Assembly (NCBI GenBank): GCA_027050975.1
Contig: JALUAR010000107.1
Location: 1-53,923, forward strand
Reading direction: 5' to 3'
Length of the DNA: 53,923 bases
From: Thermodesulfovibrio sp.
Lineage (GTDB): Bacteria; Nitrospirota; Thermodesulfovibrionia; Thermodesulfovibrionales; JdFR-85
In this document: positions 9,086 to 17,894 of the stretch, piece after piece
How positions within the stretch are numbered: position 1 is the first letter of the stretch
How the letters are laid out: each line of letters starts with the position of its first letter
The notes under the pieces: model-generated
What the model saw: only the letters and a program-made list of their open reading frames with translations
Told to the model about the DNA's origin: nothing
Databases searched by the model: none
Made by a program: the position numbers and the translations under genes

Positions 9086-9099
9086 ATGATTTATGTCAT
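9086..9099. promoter_or_regulatory. Variant of the palindromic box (ATGATTTATGTCAT) upstream of the rseC-like/octahaem operon
   Basis: Matches ATGATTTAAATCAT at 12 of 14 positions. Located 41-54 nt upstream of the rseC-like ATG. Confidence 0.3.
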
Positions 9100-9170
9100 A
9101 CTCCTGACACTGCTTTGAAAAGATGAGATTTGACAGGAGAGTGCCTGTTTAAATATAATTTCAGAAGAGT

Positions 9171-9245
9171 GGGCGATTAGCTCAGTGGGAGAGCGCTGCC
9201 TTCACACGGCAGAGGTCGGTGGTTCGAAACCACCATCGCCTACCA
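9171..9245 (+). tRNA. tRNA-Val (anticodon CAC), CCA encoded
   Basis: Cloverleaf readable by eye. Acceptor GGGCGAT/ATCGCCT, D-arm AGCTCAGTGGGAGAGC, anticodon stem CTGCC/GGCAG with loop TTCACAC, T-arm GGTGGTTCGAAACCACC, 3' ACCA. Confidence 0.9.
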
Positions 9246-9272
9246 TCCTTATATAAAAACACTCATCGTTTT

Positions 9273-9698
9273 CTATTCTTGACTCTCATTATAGCATAAA
9301 AGGGCCTTCCGGCTTTCGATAATCTCATTAAGCAGTGCCACCATCCGTCTGTAAAGTCTTGGAGACCTCTCAGGCATATATGTCAGAAGAGGCTCGCAGA
9401 AGAACCAAGTGCAACGGAAAGGCCTCTGCCATCTTGGCCTGATACATCCCTTACTGCCAAGAAACTCACACGAGCCCTCGGGATCACGTTCATGGGAGCC
9501 GTCAGAGATGCTCTTCTCTCCAAGTGAGACTAAAAAGGCGAGATCCTCGGGTTCATATAGTCCGTGCTTCTGCTTACAGCATACACTCTCACAGTCAGGA
9601 CAGACTGTGGATGTAAACTCCTCTATTATGGGGCTTATCTCATCATAGAGGTTCTTGATATGCTTTGCTAACATTGCCTTCTGGCTGTTTTTACTCAT
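9273..9698 (-). CDS. YkgJ-family (CxxCxxCC) zinc/iron-chelating cysteine-cluster protein
   Basis: CPDCESVCCKQKHG motif plus further conserved Cys residues. Start moved to the internal ATG at 9698 (MSKNSQ…); a TATAAT lies 7 nt upstream on the coding strand, so the mRNA may be leaderless. Confidence 0.6.
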   Translation of the reverse strand: MSKNSQKAMLAKHIKNLYDEISPIIEEFTSTVCPDCESVCCKQKHGLYEPEDLAFLVSLGEKSISDGSHERDPEGSCEFLGSKGCIRPRWQRPFRCTWFFCEPLLTYMPERSPRLYRRMVALLNEIIESRKALLCYNESQE

Positions 9699-9919
9699 AA
9701 TTTTTATTATACAAGTTGACAAGACCGATAAACCAATTTGACCAGGAAGTCGCCTGTTGCGAAATTCCGTAAGGGCTTTACAGGATTGTAGCAACTATGG
9801 TATTCTTTACGATACAGGAAACAGCGGTAGACAACTGTCTACAGGACCGAGGGGGCAGTGAACTGCAGGGAAAGGATGTAGATTTTAAGAAAATAATTAG
9901 ATGAAAGGAGTGATGAATC

Positions 9920-10189
9920 GTGGCATTAACAAAGGAGAGGAAACAGGAGATAATTAATGCCTTCAAAACCCATGAGAATGACACCGGATCCCCAGAGGTC
10001 CAGGTAGCAATCCTCACAGAGAGGATTAACTACCTAACGGAACATTTCAAGGTACACAAGAAGGACCATCATTCAAGAAGGGGACTTCTTAAGATGGTGG
10101 CACAGAGGAGGAAACTCCTTGATTATCTCAAGAGAACAGATGTAAACAGATACGAGAAGCTCATTGAGCGTCTGGGGATAAGAAAGTAA
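9920..10189 (+). CDS. rpsO: 30S ribosomal protein S15
   Basis: 89 aa, GTG start with AAGGAG SD. Canonical S15 sequence ([36 protein letters not shown]). Confidence 0.95.
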   Translation: MALTKERKQEIINAFKTHENDTGSPEVQVAILTERINYLTEHFKVHKKDHHSRRGLLKMVAQRRKLLDYLKRTDVNRYEKLIERLGIRK

Positions 10190-10218
10190 ATTAAAAGTTA
10201 TTTTAGAGGAGCAGAAAT

Positions 10219-12360
10219 ATGTCTGATATAGAAGCAGAACGGCAAAAGCTGAACATTGATCCCAAGAGTGTTGAGATCGAGATCAGGGGTGAGAAGTTAA
10301 GAATAGAGACAGGTGAACTTGCAAAACAGGCTGATGGTTCGGCTGTTGTTACTTACGGTGACACTGTAATACTTGCCACCGCAGTTGCAGAAAAGAGAGA
10401 GAGAGAAGACCTGGACTTCTTCCCACTCACAATTGACTACCAGGAAAAGGCATATGCGGCAGGGAAGATTCCGGGTGGGTTCTTCAAAAGAGAGGGAAAG
10501 CCTTCTGAAAAGGAGATCCTTGTATCCCGCCTTATTGACAGACCTGTAAGACCCCTTTTCCCCGATGGTTTTGCATCTGAGACTCAGGGTATAGTTTCGG
10601 TGCTCTCATTCGGCGAGGAAAATGTTTCTGATGTGTTGGGCATAATCGGCATGTCTACAGCCCTTATGATATCCGACATTCCCTTCAACGGCCCTGTATC
10701 TGCTGTAAGGGTTGGAATTCTTGACGGTGAGTTGATATATCTACCAAACCTGGATGAGGCTGAGAGGCTGGATCTGAATTTTGTTGTTGCCGGCACTGAT
10801 GAGGCGGTTGTAATGGTTGAAGGCGGAGCTAATGAGGTATCAGAGGATAAGGTGCTGGAGGCGATAGAGTTTGCCCACAAGGAGATAAAAAGGATCAATG
10901 AACTCCAGAGGAAACTGAGAGATCTCTGCGGAAAACCGAAGAGATCGGTGAAGGAAGTAGAAATAGACGAATCTCTAAAGACAGAGGTTTATAACTTTGT
11001 TATAGATAAAATGAAGGAAGCCATTAAGATCCCTACTAAACTGAAGAGACAGGAGGCCCTTGATCTGATTCTTGAAGAGGCAATTGAGCACTTTTGTACT
11101 GAAGAAGAGGATAGGTCCAGAACCATAGCCGGGATATTCCATGATATAGAGAAGGAACTGGTAAGGGGTATGATCCTGAATGAAGGAATCAGGGTGGATG
11201 GAAGGAAACCAGATGAGATTCGGCCAATATACTGCAAGGTCGGATTCTTACCAAGGGTCCATGGTTCCGGGCTCTTTGTCAGGGGTGAGACCCAGGCACT
11301 TGTGGCGGTAACACTTGGCTCTTCTGAGGATGAGCAGAAGATAGATGCCCTTGAGGGTGAATCCTTCAAATCCTTTATGCTCCATTACAATTTCCCTCCC
11401 TTCAGTGTGGGAGAGGTGAAACGCCTTGGCTCGCCTGGCAGAAGGGAGATAGGTCACGGAGCCCTTGCAGAGAGGGCATTAAAGCCCCTTATACCACCTA
11501 AGGAAAAGTTTCCTTATACAATCAGAGTTGTATCTGACATACTCGAGTCTAACGGTTCCTCCTCAATGGCTACGGTATGTGGTGCATCACTGGCCCTGAT
11601 GGATGCAGGAGTGCCACTTGAGGCTCCAGTGGCAGGTGTGGCAATGGGACTGATTGTTGAGGGAGACAAGGCCGTTATTCTCAGCGATATAATGGGGCTG
11701 GAGGACCATCTTGGTGACATGGACTTTAAGGTTACCGGAACAAGACGTGGCGTAACAGCCTTCCAGATGGATGTCAAGATTGCCGGTATTACAACGGATA
11801 TAATGAAGAAGGCCCTTGAGCAGGCTCGTCAGGGAAGGCTCTATATCCTTGACAGGATGAATGAGGTGATGCCTCTTCCACGGAAGAACCTTTCGCCTCA
11901 TGCTCCGAGGGTTTTTACCATGCAGATAAAGCCTGAGAAGATCAGGGATGTGATAGGAGTCGGTGGTAAGGTAATAAGGAGCATAATTGACCAGACAGGG
12001 GTAAAGATAGATATCAGTGATACTGGTGTGATCAATATAATATCCAATGATGAGGCATCTGCAAACAAGGCCAAGGAGATCATTGAGGGCATTGTTCGTG
12101 AGATAGAGGTTGGCCAGATTTACATGGGTAAGGTTAAACGTATTGTTGATTTTGGTGCCTTTGTTGAGGTGGCTCCTGGCACCGAGGGGCTGCTTCATAT
12201 CTCCCAGATATCTGACAAGAGGATAAATAAGGTCTCGGATGTATTAAAGGTTGGCGATGAGGTGCTTGTAAAGGTTATTGAGATAGATGATCTGGGAAGG
12301 CTCAAGCTGAGCAGAAAAGAGGCGATGAGATCATCAGAGAGCCAAAAACATAGAGGTTAA
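10219..12360 (+). CDS. pnp: Polyribonucleotide nucleotidyltransferase (PNPase)
   Basis: 713 aa. Two RNase PH domains plus KH (IRDVIGVGGKVIRSI) and S1 (GKVKRIVDFGAFVEV) domains. Classical rpsO-pnp arrangement. Confidence 0.97.
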   Translation: MSDIEAERQKLNIDPKSVEIEIRGEKLRIETGELAKQADGSAVVTYGDTVILATAVAEKREREDLDFFPLTIDYQEKAYAAGKIPGGFFKREGKPSEKEILVSRLIDRPVRPLFPDGFASETQGIVSVLSFGEENVSDVLGIIGMSTALMISDIPFNGPVSAVRVGILDGELIYLPNLDEAERLDLNFVVAGTDEAVVMVEGGANEVSEDKVLEAIEFAHKEIKRINELQRKLRDLCGKPKRSVKEVEIDESLKTEVYNFVIDKMKEAIKIPTKLKRQEALDLILEEAIEHFCTEEEDRSRTIAGIFHDIEKELVRGMILNEGIRVDGRKPDEIRPIYCKVGFLPRVHGSGLFVRGETQALVAVTLGSSEDEQKIDALEGESFKSFMLHYNFPPFSVGEVKRLGSPGRREIGHGALAERALKPLIPPKEKFPYTIRVVSDILESNGSSSMATVCGASLALMDAGVPLEAPVAGVAMGLIVEGDKAVILSDIMGLEDHLGDMDFKVTGTRRGVTAFQMDVKIAGITTDIMKKALEQARQGRLYILDRMNEVMPLPRKNLSPHAPRVFTMQIKPEKIRDVIGVGGKVIRSIIDQTGVKIDISDTGVINIISNDEASANKAKEIIEGIVREIEVGQIYMGKVKRIVDFGAFVEVAPGTEGLLHISQISDKRINKVSDVLKVGDEVLVKVIEIDDLGRLKLSRKEAMRSSESQKHRG

Positions 12361-12368
12361 GAAACTTC

Positions 12369-12394
12369 TGCCTGGAGGTTGTCTCTTCCAGGCA
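12369..12394 (+). terminator. Possible hairpin terminator after pnp
   Basis: TGCCTGGA-N10-TCCAGGCA, starting 9 nt after the pnp stop. There is no clean T-tract, so this is weak. Confidence 0.35.
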
Positions 12395-12518
12395 CAGCCT
12401 CTCTGCTATGTTTTGATTTAGATTCCTTAAATCCGCAGAATAATAAAAGGATACACGATTCATGATAGAGGATATATGCATCTCATGCATCCTTTAAGCT
12501 GCAATTTATAATTATCTT

Positions 12519-13745
12519 ATGTTTCAGAAAGAATACCTCAACAATAATATTCCCCTGGTAATGGAGCGTATCACAGGAGTACGCTCTATTACTTTAGGTA
12601 TCTGGGTAAAGGTGGGATCAAGGTTTGAGAATGCTCCTGAAAGTGGGCTTTCCCATTTCCTGGAGCATATGTTCTTTAAAGGGACGGAGAAACGGTCGCA
12701 GAAAGAGATAGCCTTTGAGATCGATTCTCTCGGCGGTGATCTTAATGCATTTACTTCAAAGGAGACAACAACATTTTACATAAAAGTCCTTGACGAGTAT
12801 CTTGACAGGGGAATGGAACTGTTGAGTGATATCTTCCTGAATTCGGTTTTTCCCGAGGAGGAGATTGAAAAGGAGAAAGGTGTTATACTTGAGGAGATTA
12901 GAATGTCCGAGGATACCCCGGATGATTATGTCCATGACCTCTTTAGCGAATATATATGGGGCGGAAGGGGATTGGGACAGAGAATTCTTGGTAGCTACGA
13001 AACTGTAAGGTCTTTTAAAAGAGAAAATCTTATCGAATACATACACAAACATTATCGAACTGACAATATAGTGGTATCATGCGCAGGCAATATTGATTAT
13101 AAGGCTGTACAGGATGGTCTTAATGAGACAATCGGAAGGCTTAACAGAGACTCTACTGCCCTGAGCTTTGAAAAACCTACCTTCCACTCCGGCGTAAGAG
13201 TGGTTCAGCGCGACCATGCCGAGGTGCATATCTGTATGGGGGTGGAAGGCGTGCCACAGAACAGTCCTGACAGGTACGCCATGCTCCTTCTGAATACCAT
13301 CATGGGCATGGGAGTAAGTTCAAGACTCTTTCAGGAGATTAGAGAGGAACGGGGTCTTGCCTACTCTGTATACTCCTTTGCCTCCTCATACATTGATACG
13401 GGAGTTTTCGGTGTCTATGTAGGGACATCACCTGAAAAATACCGAGAGGTTATCGAGCTTGTAAAGAAACAGTTTGACACCTTCAGGGATACGGTAACAG
13501 AAGAAGAACTGACCAGAGCAAAGAGGCAACTGCGGGGTAACATAATACTTGCCCTTGAGTCTACTTCAGGAAGGATGTCTAACATAGCCAGGCAGGAGAT
13601 ATACTATGGCAGATACTATAGCCCCTCGGAGATTATCAAGACAATAGATTCGGTGAGCCTTTCTGACATTAAGGCCCTTTCCGAGCGTCTTTTCACTGAC
13701 AGACCTACTGCCTTAACCATGCTTGGTCCGGTAAAGGAAGATTAG
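12519..13745 (+). CDS. M16-family (pitrilysin/insulinase-like) zinc peptidase
   Basis: HxxEH zinc motif (HFLEHMFFKG) and two M16 lobes. 408 aa, the usual partner downstream of pnp in many bacteria. Confidence 0.85.
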   Translation: MFQKEYLNNNIPLVMERITGVRSITLGIWVKVGSRFENAPESGLSHFLEHMFFKGTEKRSQKEIAFEIDSLGGDLNAFTSKETTTFYIKVLDEYLDRGMELLSDIFLNSVFPEEEIEKEKGVILEEIRMSEDTPDDYVHDLFSEYIWGGRGLGQRILGSYETVRSFKRENLIEYIHKHYRTDNIVVSCAGNIDYKAVQDGLNETIGRLNRDSTALSFEKPTFHSGVRVVQRDHAEVHICMGVEGVPQNSPDRYAMLLLNTIMGMGVSSRLFQEIREERGLAYSVYSFASSYIDTGVFGVYVGTSPEKYREVIELVKKQFDTFRDTVTEEELTRAKRQLRGNIILALESTSGRMSNIARQEIYYGRYYSPSEIIKTIDSVSLSDIKALSERLFTDRPTALTMLGPVKED

Positions 13746-13823
13746 AAAAGTGCGTTTATAGCATTTTTGAGTTTATTGTGTTACCCCATTAACTCTTTAA
13801 CGCATAATCGCAATAAACTCCTT

Positions 13824-16800
13824 CTAAGACTGCTCACACCAGTGTCTTGCATTCTGGAAGAGTCTGAGCCAGGGTGAGGCATTGAGGGTCTTCTTCCATT
13901 CCTCAGGCATCCATGCCCACTGCCATTTAAGGAATACCCTTTCGGGATGAGGCATCATTGCAAGGTGTCTTCCGTCCGGTGAGCATAAGGCAGTGATTCC
14001 TTCTGGAGAGCCGTTGGGGTTAAAGGGATAAACCTCTGTGGGTTCACCGTCGTCATCCACATACCTGAGCGGAGCCAATCCCTTTGAGATAATATCCCTC
14101 TTTATAGTTTCATCCGGGAAATAGACCCTTCCCTCTCCGTGAGCAATCCATACGCCAAGCACAGAGCCCTCCATACCTGCAAGCATGATGGAGGGGCTTT
14201 TCAGAATCTTTACTGTTGAGAATCTGGACTCAAACCGTCCTGACAGATTATTGATAAACCTCGGCTGTCTCCTGTCATCTATTCCACGCCATGGCACCCA
14301 TCCAAGCAGAGCCATCAGCTGACATCCATTGCATACGCCGAGGCTGAAGGTGTCTTCTCTTTGATAGAACTCGTCAAACTCTTCATACAGTGCCTTATGG
14401 AACCTGATACCTCCTGCCCAGCCCTTTGCCGAGCCAAGCACATCTGCATAACTGAAGCCACCCACAAAGGCAACTCCTTTAAACTCCCTGAGGGATACCC
14501 GATGTTTCATGAGGTCAGTCATTGTTATATCCCATACCTCAAATCCTGCCTGATAGAAGGCTGAAGCCATCTCGCGGTCACCATTGCTGCCTTCTTCGCG
14601 GATTATCGCAACCTTGGGCTTTGCCTTTCTCAGAAGAATCTCCTGAGGAGTATCCTCCGGAGTAAAGGAGAGGCTATAAGAGGGGCCTTTTCTCAGATAG
14701 TTGACCTCCCACTCCTGCTCCACACACTCGGGATTCGCCTGAAGTCTGTCAATGCGGTAGCTTGTCTCTTCCCAGAGCCTTCTGAGCCTGGGCATCTCCT
14801 CTTTAATCACACAAGAGTTATTCACTGTTATCTCTATAAGGTAATCCTCGGTGGTTGTGCCGATTAACTGGTATGGGACTTCCGAATCTTTAAGTATGTC
14901 AGTGATCCTCTTTTCCGCCTCAGGCAGATACTCAATCACAAGACCAAGTTCCTCGGCAAAGAGTACCCTGATAGGGTCAATGCCATCCTCATTTATATCT
15001 ATCTTTAGACCACAATTTCCACCAAAGGCCATCTCAAGCATTGTGGTAATAAGTCCTCCATCGCTTCGGTCATGGCCTGACAGGATAAGATCTTCTTCTA
15101 TCAGACTCTGTACAGCATTGAATGCCCTTTTCAGGACAGCAGGGTCATCCACATCAGGGGCCTCATTTCCCACCTGGTTGAATACCTGGGCTAGGGCTGT
15201 GCCACCGAGGCGGTATTTGCCAAGGCCGAGGTCTATGTAAAGGAGCCTGCTTTTGCCTGGAGCCTTTATATCAGGTGTAATCACCTTAGTGATGTCAGGA
15301 CAGGCAGCATAGGCTGAGATTACAAGAGTACCCGGTGATTTGACAACCTCGGTGCTTCCGTCAGAAGACTTCACAAGGGCGGCCATCGAGAGACTATCCT
15401 TTCCACCGTCAATAGCTATGCCGAGGGCTATCATTATATCCCTGAGTGCCAGAGCAGCCTCATAGAGCCTTACGCCTTCACCCGGCAGCTTTGGTGCCCA
15501 CATCCAGTTACCTGAGCATTTTATATCCTCAAGGGCTGTTACCTTTGCCCAGACGATATTTGTCATGGCCTCACCAACACTGAGCCTTGCCATTGCCCTG
15601 GAGTCTATCAGCCCCTTTATGGGCTGCTCACCAATTGATATGGCGGCTCCGGTTTTGCTGAAGTGGCTCTGGGCAACAACAGCCACATCTGACAGCGTAA
15701 GCTGTAGCGGGCCGGTGCATTGCTGCTGTACAATCAGCCCTGTAACACTACGGTCAACCTTGTTTGTAAGGAATCGCTTTGAGCCAACCGAAAGCAGCCT
15801 GAGTACCCTCTGTAGCGCCTCCTCCACTGTTAACTCCCGGGGAAGACTCAGTGGTGGCAATTCCCGTGGAATTCTCTCAAGATGAAATGTCTTCTGGGGC
15901 ATCTTGCCAAGGACCTTTGAGAGTTCGAGATTTACCGGAGTGGAGTCATCGATGGCATCATGAACAATTACATACCCATCACCTGTAATCTCGCCGATTA
16001 CGGAGAATGGCACTTTCTCCCTTTCACAAAGCGACTCAAAGACAGGGAGGCCTTCGGGCTTAAGAAGCAGGGCGTCGTTTTCCTGATACTCTGCCCCCCA
16101 TATTTCAAGAACCGAAAGTGTATGGTCTCCAAGGAGGATGTTTCGTATCTCGATCCTTGCTCCTGCAGGATATATAATCTCCTTCACCACATTGGAGTTT
16201 CCTCCTGCACCCTGGTCATGAATGCTTATAATGGGGTTGTCATCTCCCATTTCCACGCAGGCACGGATTACCCTGTTCAGTTTCTGCTCCATCTCGGCAT
16301 CACCGCGCTGCACTGCGCTGAAGTCCAGTTCCTCTACATTCTCTCCCTGGATCATGCTGGAAGCGGCTCCACCGCCAATGCCGATTCTGTAAGCGGGTCC
16401 TCCGACCTTTACAACAAGCATTCCCCTCTCTGGTTCATACTTCTCTATGTGTCTGTCATCAATCTGTCCCACTCCGCCAGTGAACATGATTGGCTTTATC
16501 CACTCATACCTCTCGCCATCAGGAAGTCTCAGGCCAAAGGAGCGGGTAAAGCCCTGAATCAGGGGCTCGCCGAACTTGTTTCCGTAATCTGAGGCACCAT
16601 TGCTGGCCTCTATCTCTATATCGAGAGGGGTTGCCAGATTTGCAGGATAAACAAAAGAGTCATCCTCCCACGGAAGGTTATAACCTGGGATTCTGAGATT
16701 GCCTACCGAGTAGGCAGCAGTACCTGCGATTACGAGGCTGCCTCTTCCCGTGGCATGGACATCGCGGATTCTGCCGCCGGTGCCTGTCTCTGCACCGGGA

Positions 16801-17762
16801 AAGGGTGCCACGCCTGTGGGGAAGTTGTGTGTTTCTGCTGTAAAAATTATGTGGTAATCGGTTTTCTCCATCTGGAAAGGAACGGGGGTGCCGGGTGATG
16901 ACGGAAGTATCGTATCAATTCTGTATCCCCTGATTGCACTGGAGTTGTCTTTAAAGGCGATAACACTGTTTTTGTTGCTATGTCTCAGAGGTTCCTTTAT
17001 GATATCCATAAGGGTTTCCGGAGCCTCTTTACCATCAATTATGAGCCTTCCCTTGAAGAACCAGTGTCGTGAATGCTCACTGTTTGACTGGCTGAGGTCA
17101 AAGCACTCCACATTTGTAGGATTACGGCCTATCTCATTTACAAAGAGGTTGTAATAGTAATCGATATCCCACTCATCAAGGCCGAGCCCCATCTCTCTGT
17201 TGATTCTTCTAAGGGCATCCTTGCCTTCCTCAATAAGGGGAATCGTAAAGACAGGCTCCGGCTTGATACCTGTCTCAAAGGTGGTGAGTCTTTCGGTGTA
17301 AAGACACTCTGTCATTCTATCATGAATAAAAGGGAGAATCCCTGATATCAACCTTTGTCTGTCCTGATCGGAGAAGGGGGTCTTCATTACTATCCTGTAG
17401 CGTCTTGAGTGCTCTATGCGGGAGATGCTGGTTAACCCGCTTGTATGACAGATTGAGACCGCATTCGTTGACCATGAAGTGGTGAAGTTGAGCCTTGGAC
17501 CGACCTCAATAATAAAGGATTTGGCATCCTCTCTTAAAAAGGAGTTCTCTGCAAGATTTTCAGGTTCAAAGGTTTCACCAAGGAGCCACCTGAGAATGGT
17601 CTGTTCATCCTGCGTGAGCTCCCTCTCTGTCTGGATGTAAAAGCAGAACTCCGTCTCTATAGCCTCTATTTCAGAGGATACCCCAACCTGGAGTGTGGAC
17701 AGAAGGTTTCTGGTTTTGCCTTCCGTAAGCGCCGGCCGTCTGTAAAGGTAGAGTAGTTTCAT
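13824..17762 (-). CDS. purL: Phosphoribosylformylglycinamidine (FGAM) synthase, single-chain large form
   Basis: About 1310 aa with AIR-synthase-like repeats and a C-terminal class-I glutamine amidotransferase (LGVCNGCQ, HGEG). Start set at ATG 17762 (MKLLYLYRRPALTEG, homologous to known N-termini); the track ORF begins 54 nt further upstream. Confidence 0.95.
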   Translation of the reverse strand: MKLLYLYRRPALTEGKTRNLLSTLQVGVSSEIEAIETEFCFYIQTERELTQDEQTILRWLLGETFEPENLAENSFLREDAKSFIIEVGPRLNFTTSWSTNAVSICHTSGLTSISRIEHSRRYRIVMKTPFSDQDRQRLISGILPFIHDRMTECLYTERLTTFETGIKPEPVFTIPLIEEGKDALRRINREMGLGLDEWDIDYYYNLFVNEIGRNPTNVECFDLSQSNSEHSRHWFFKGRLIIDGKEAPETLMDIIKEPLRHSNKNSVIAFKDNSSAIRGYRIDTILPSSPGTPVPFQMEKTDYHIIFTAETHNFPTGVAPFPGAETGTGGRIRDVHATGRGSLVIAGTAAYSVGNLRIPGYNLPWEDDSFVYPANLATPLDIEIEASNGASDYGNKFGEPLIQGFTRSFGLRLPDGERYEWIKPIMFTGGVGQIDDRHIEKYEPERGMLVVKVGGPAYRIGIGGGAASSMIQGENVEELDFSAVQRGDAEMEQKLNRVIRACVEMGDDNPIISIHDQGAGGNSNVVKEIIYPAGARIEIRNILLGDHTLSVLEIWGAEYQENDALLLKPEGLPVFESLCEREKVPFSVIGEITGDGYVIVHDAIDDSTPVNLELSKVLGKMPQKTFHLERIPRELPPLSLPRELTVEEALQRVLRLLSVGSKRFLTNKVDRSVTGLIVQQQCTGPLQLTLSDVAVVAQSHFSKTGAAISIGEQPIKGLIDSRAMARLSVGEAMTNIVWAKVTALEDIKCSGNWMWAPKLPGEGVRLYEAALALRDIMIALGIAIDGGKDSLSMAALVKSSDGSTEVVKSPGTLVISAYAACPDITKVITPDIKAPGKSRLLYIDLGLGKYRLGGTALAQVFNQVGNEAPDVDDPAVLKRAFNAVQSLIEEDLILSGHDRSDGGLITTMLEMAFGGNCGLKIDINEDGIDPIRVLFAEELGLVIEYLPEAEKRITDILKDSEVPYQLIGTTTEDYLIEITVNNSCVIKEEMPRLRRLWEETSYRIDRLQANPECVEQEWEVNYLRKGPSYSLSFTPEDTPQEILLRKAKPKVAIIREEGSNGDREMASAFYQAGFEVWDITMTDLMKHRVSLREFKGVAFVGGFSYADVLGSAKGWAGGIRFHKALYEEFDEFYQREDTFSLGVCNGCQLMALLGWVPWRGIDDRRQPRFINNLSGRFESRFSTVKILKSPSIMLAGMEGSVLGVWIAHGEGRVYFPDETIKRDIISKGLAPLRYVDDDGEPTEVYPFNPNGSPEGITALCSPDGRHLAMMPHPERVFLKWQWAWMPEEWKKTLNASPWLRLFQNARHWCEQS

Positions 17763-17894
17763 GACAGGAGATATTTTAACAGTTATCCCGGATAAAGATA
17801 AAGGTGGATTATTCAATATCGTTACCGCTGGATCTGGGGAACTTTAGATATTTAATCACCCTTTGTTAGTAGCAGCCCTGTCAGGGCTATTCAG

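Noticed and set aside
9171-9245. tRNA-Val as the integration site of a genomic island.
   Set aside because: No integrase, recombinase or phage genes are nearby, and no direct repeat of the tRNA 3' end was seen. The flanking genes are a cytochrome operon and rpsO-pnp.
17817-17836. A 20-mer, TATCGTTACCGCTGGATCTG, repeated with one mismatch at 41869-41888.
   Set aside because: A rough estimate gives a few chance matches of about this length with one mismatch in a 54-kb window on both strands. The flanks do not extend the similarity, and only the second copy forms a hairpin. This is probably coincidence.
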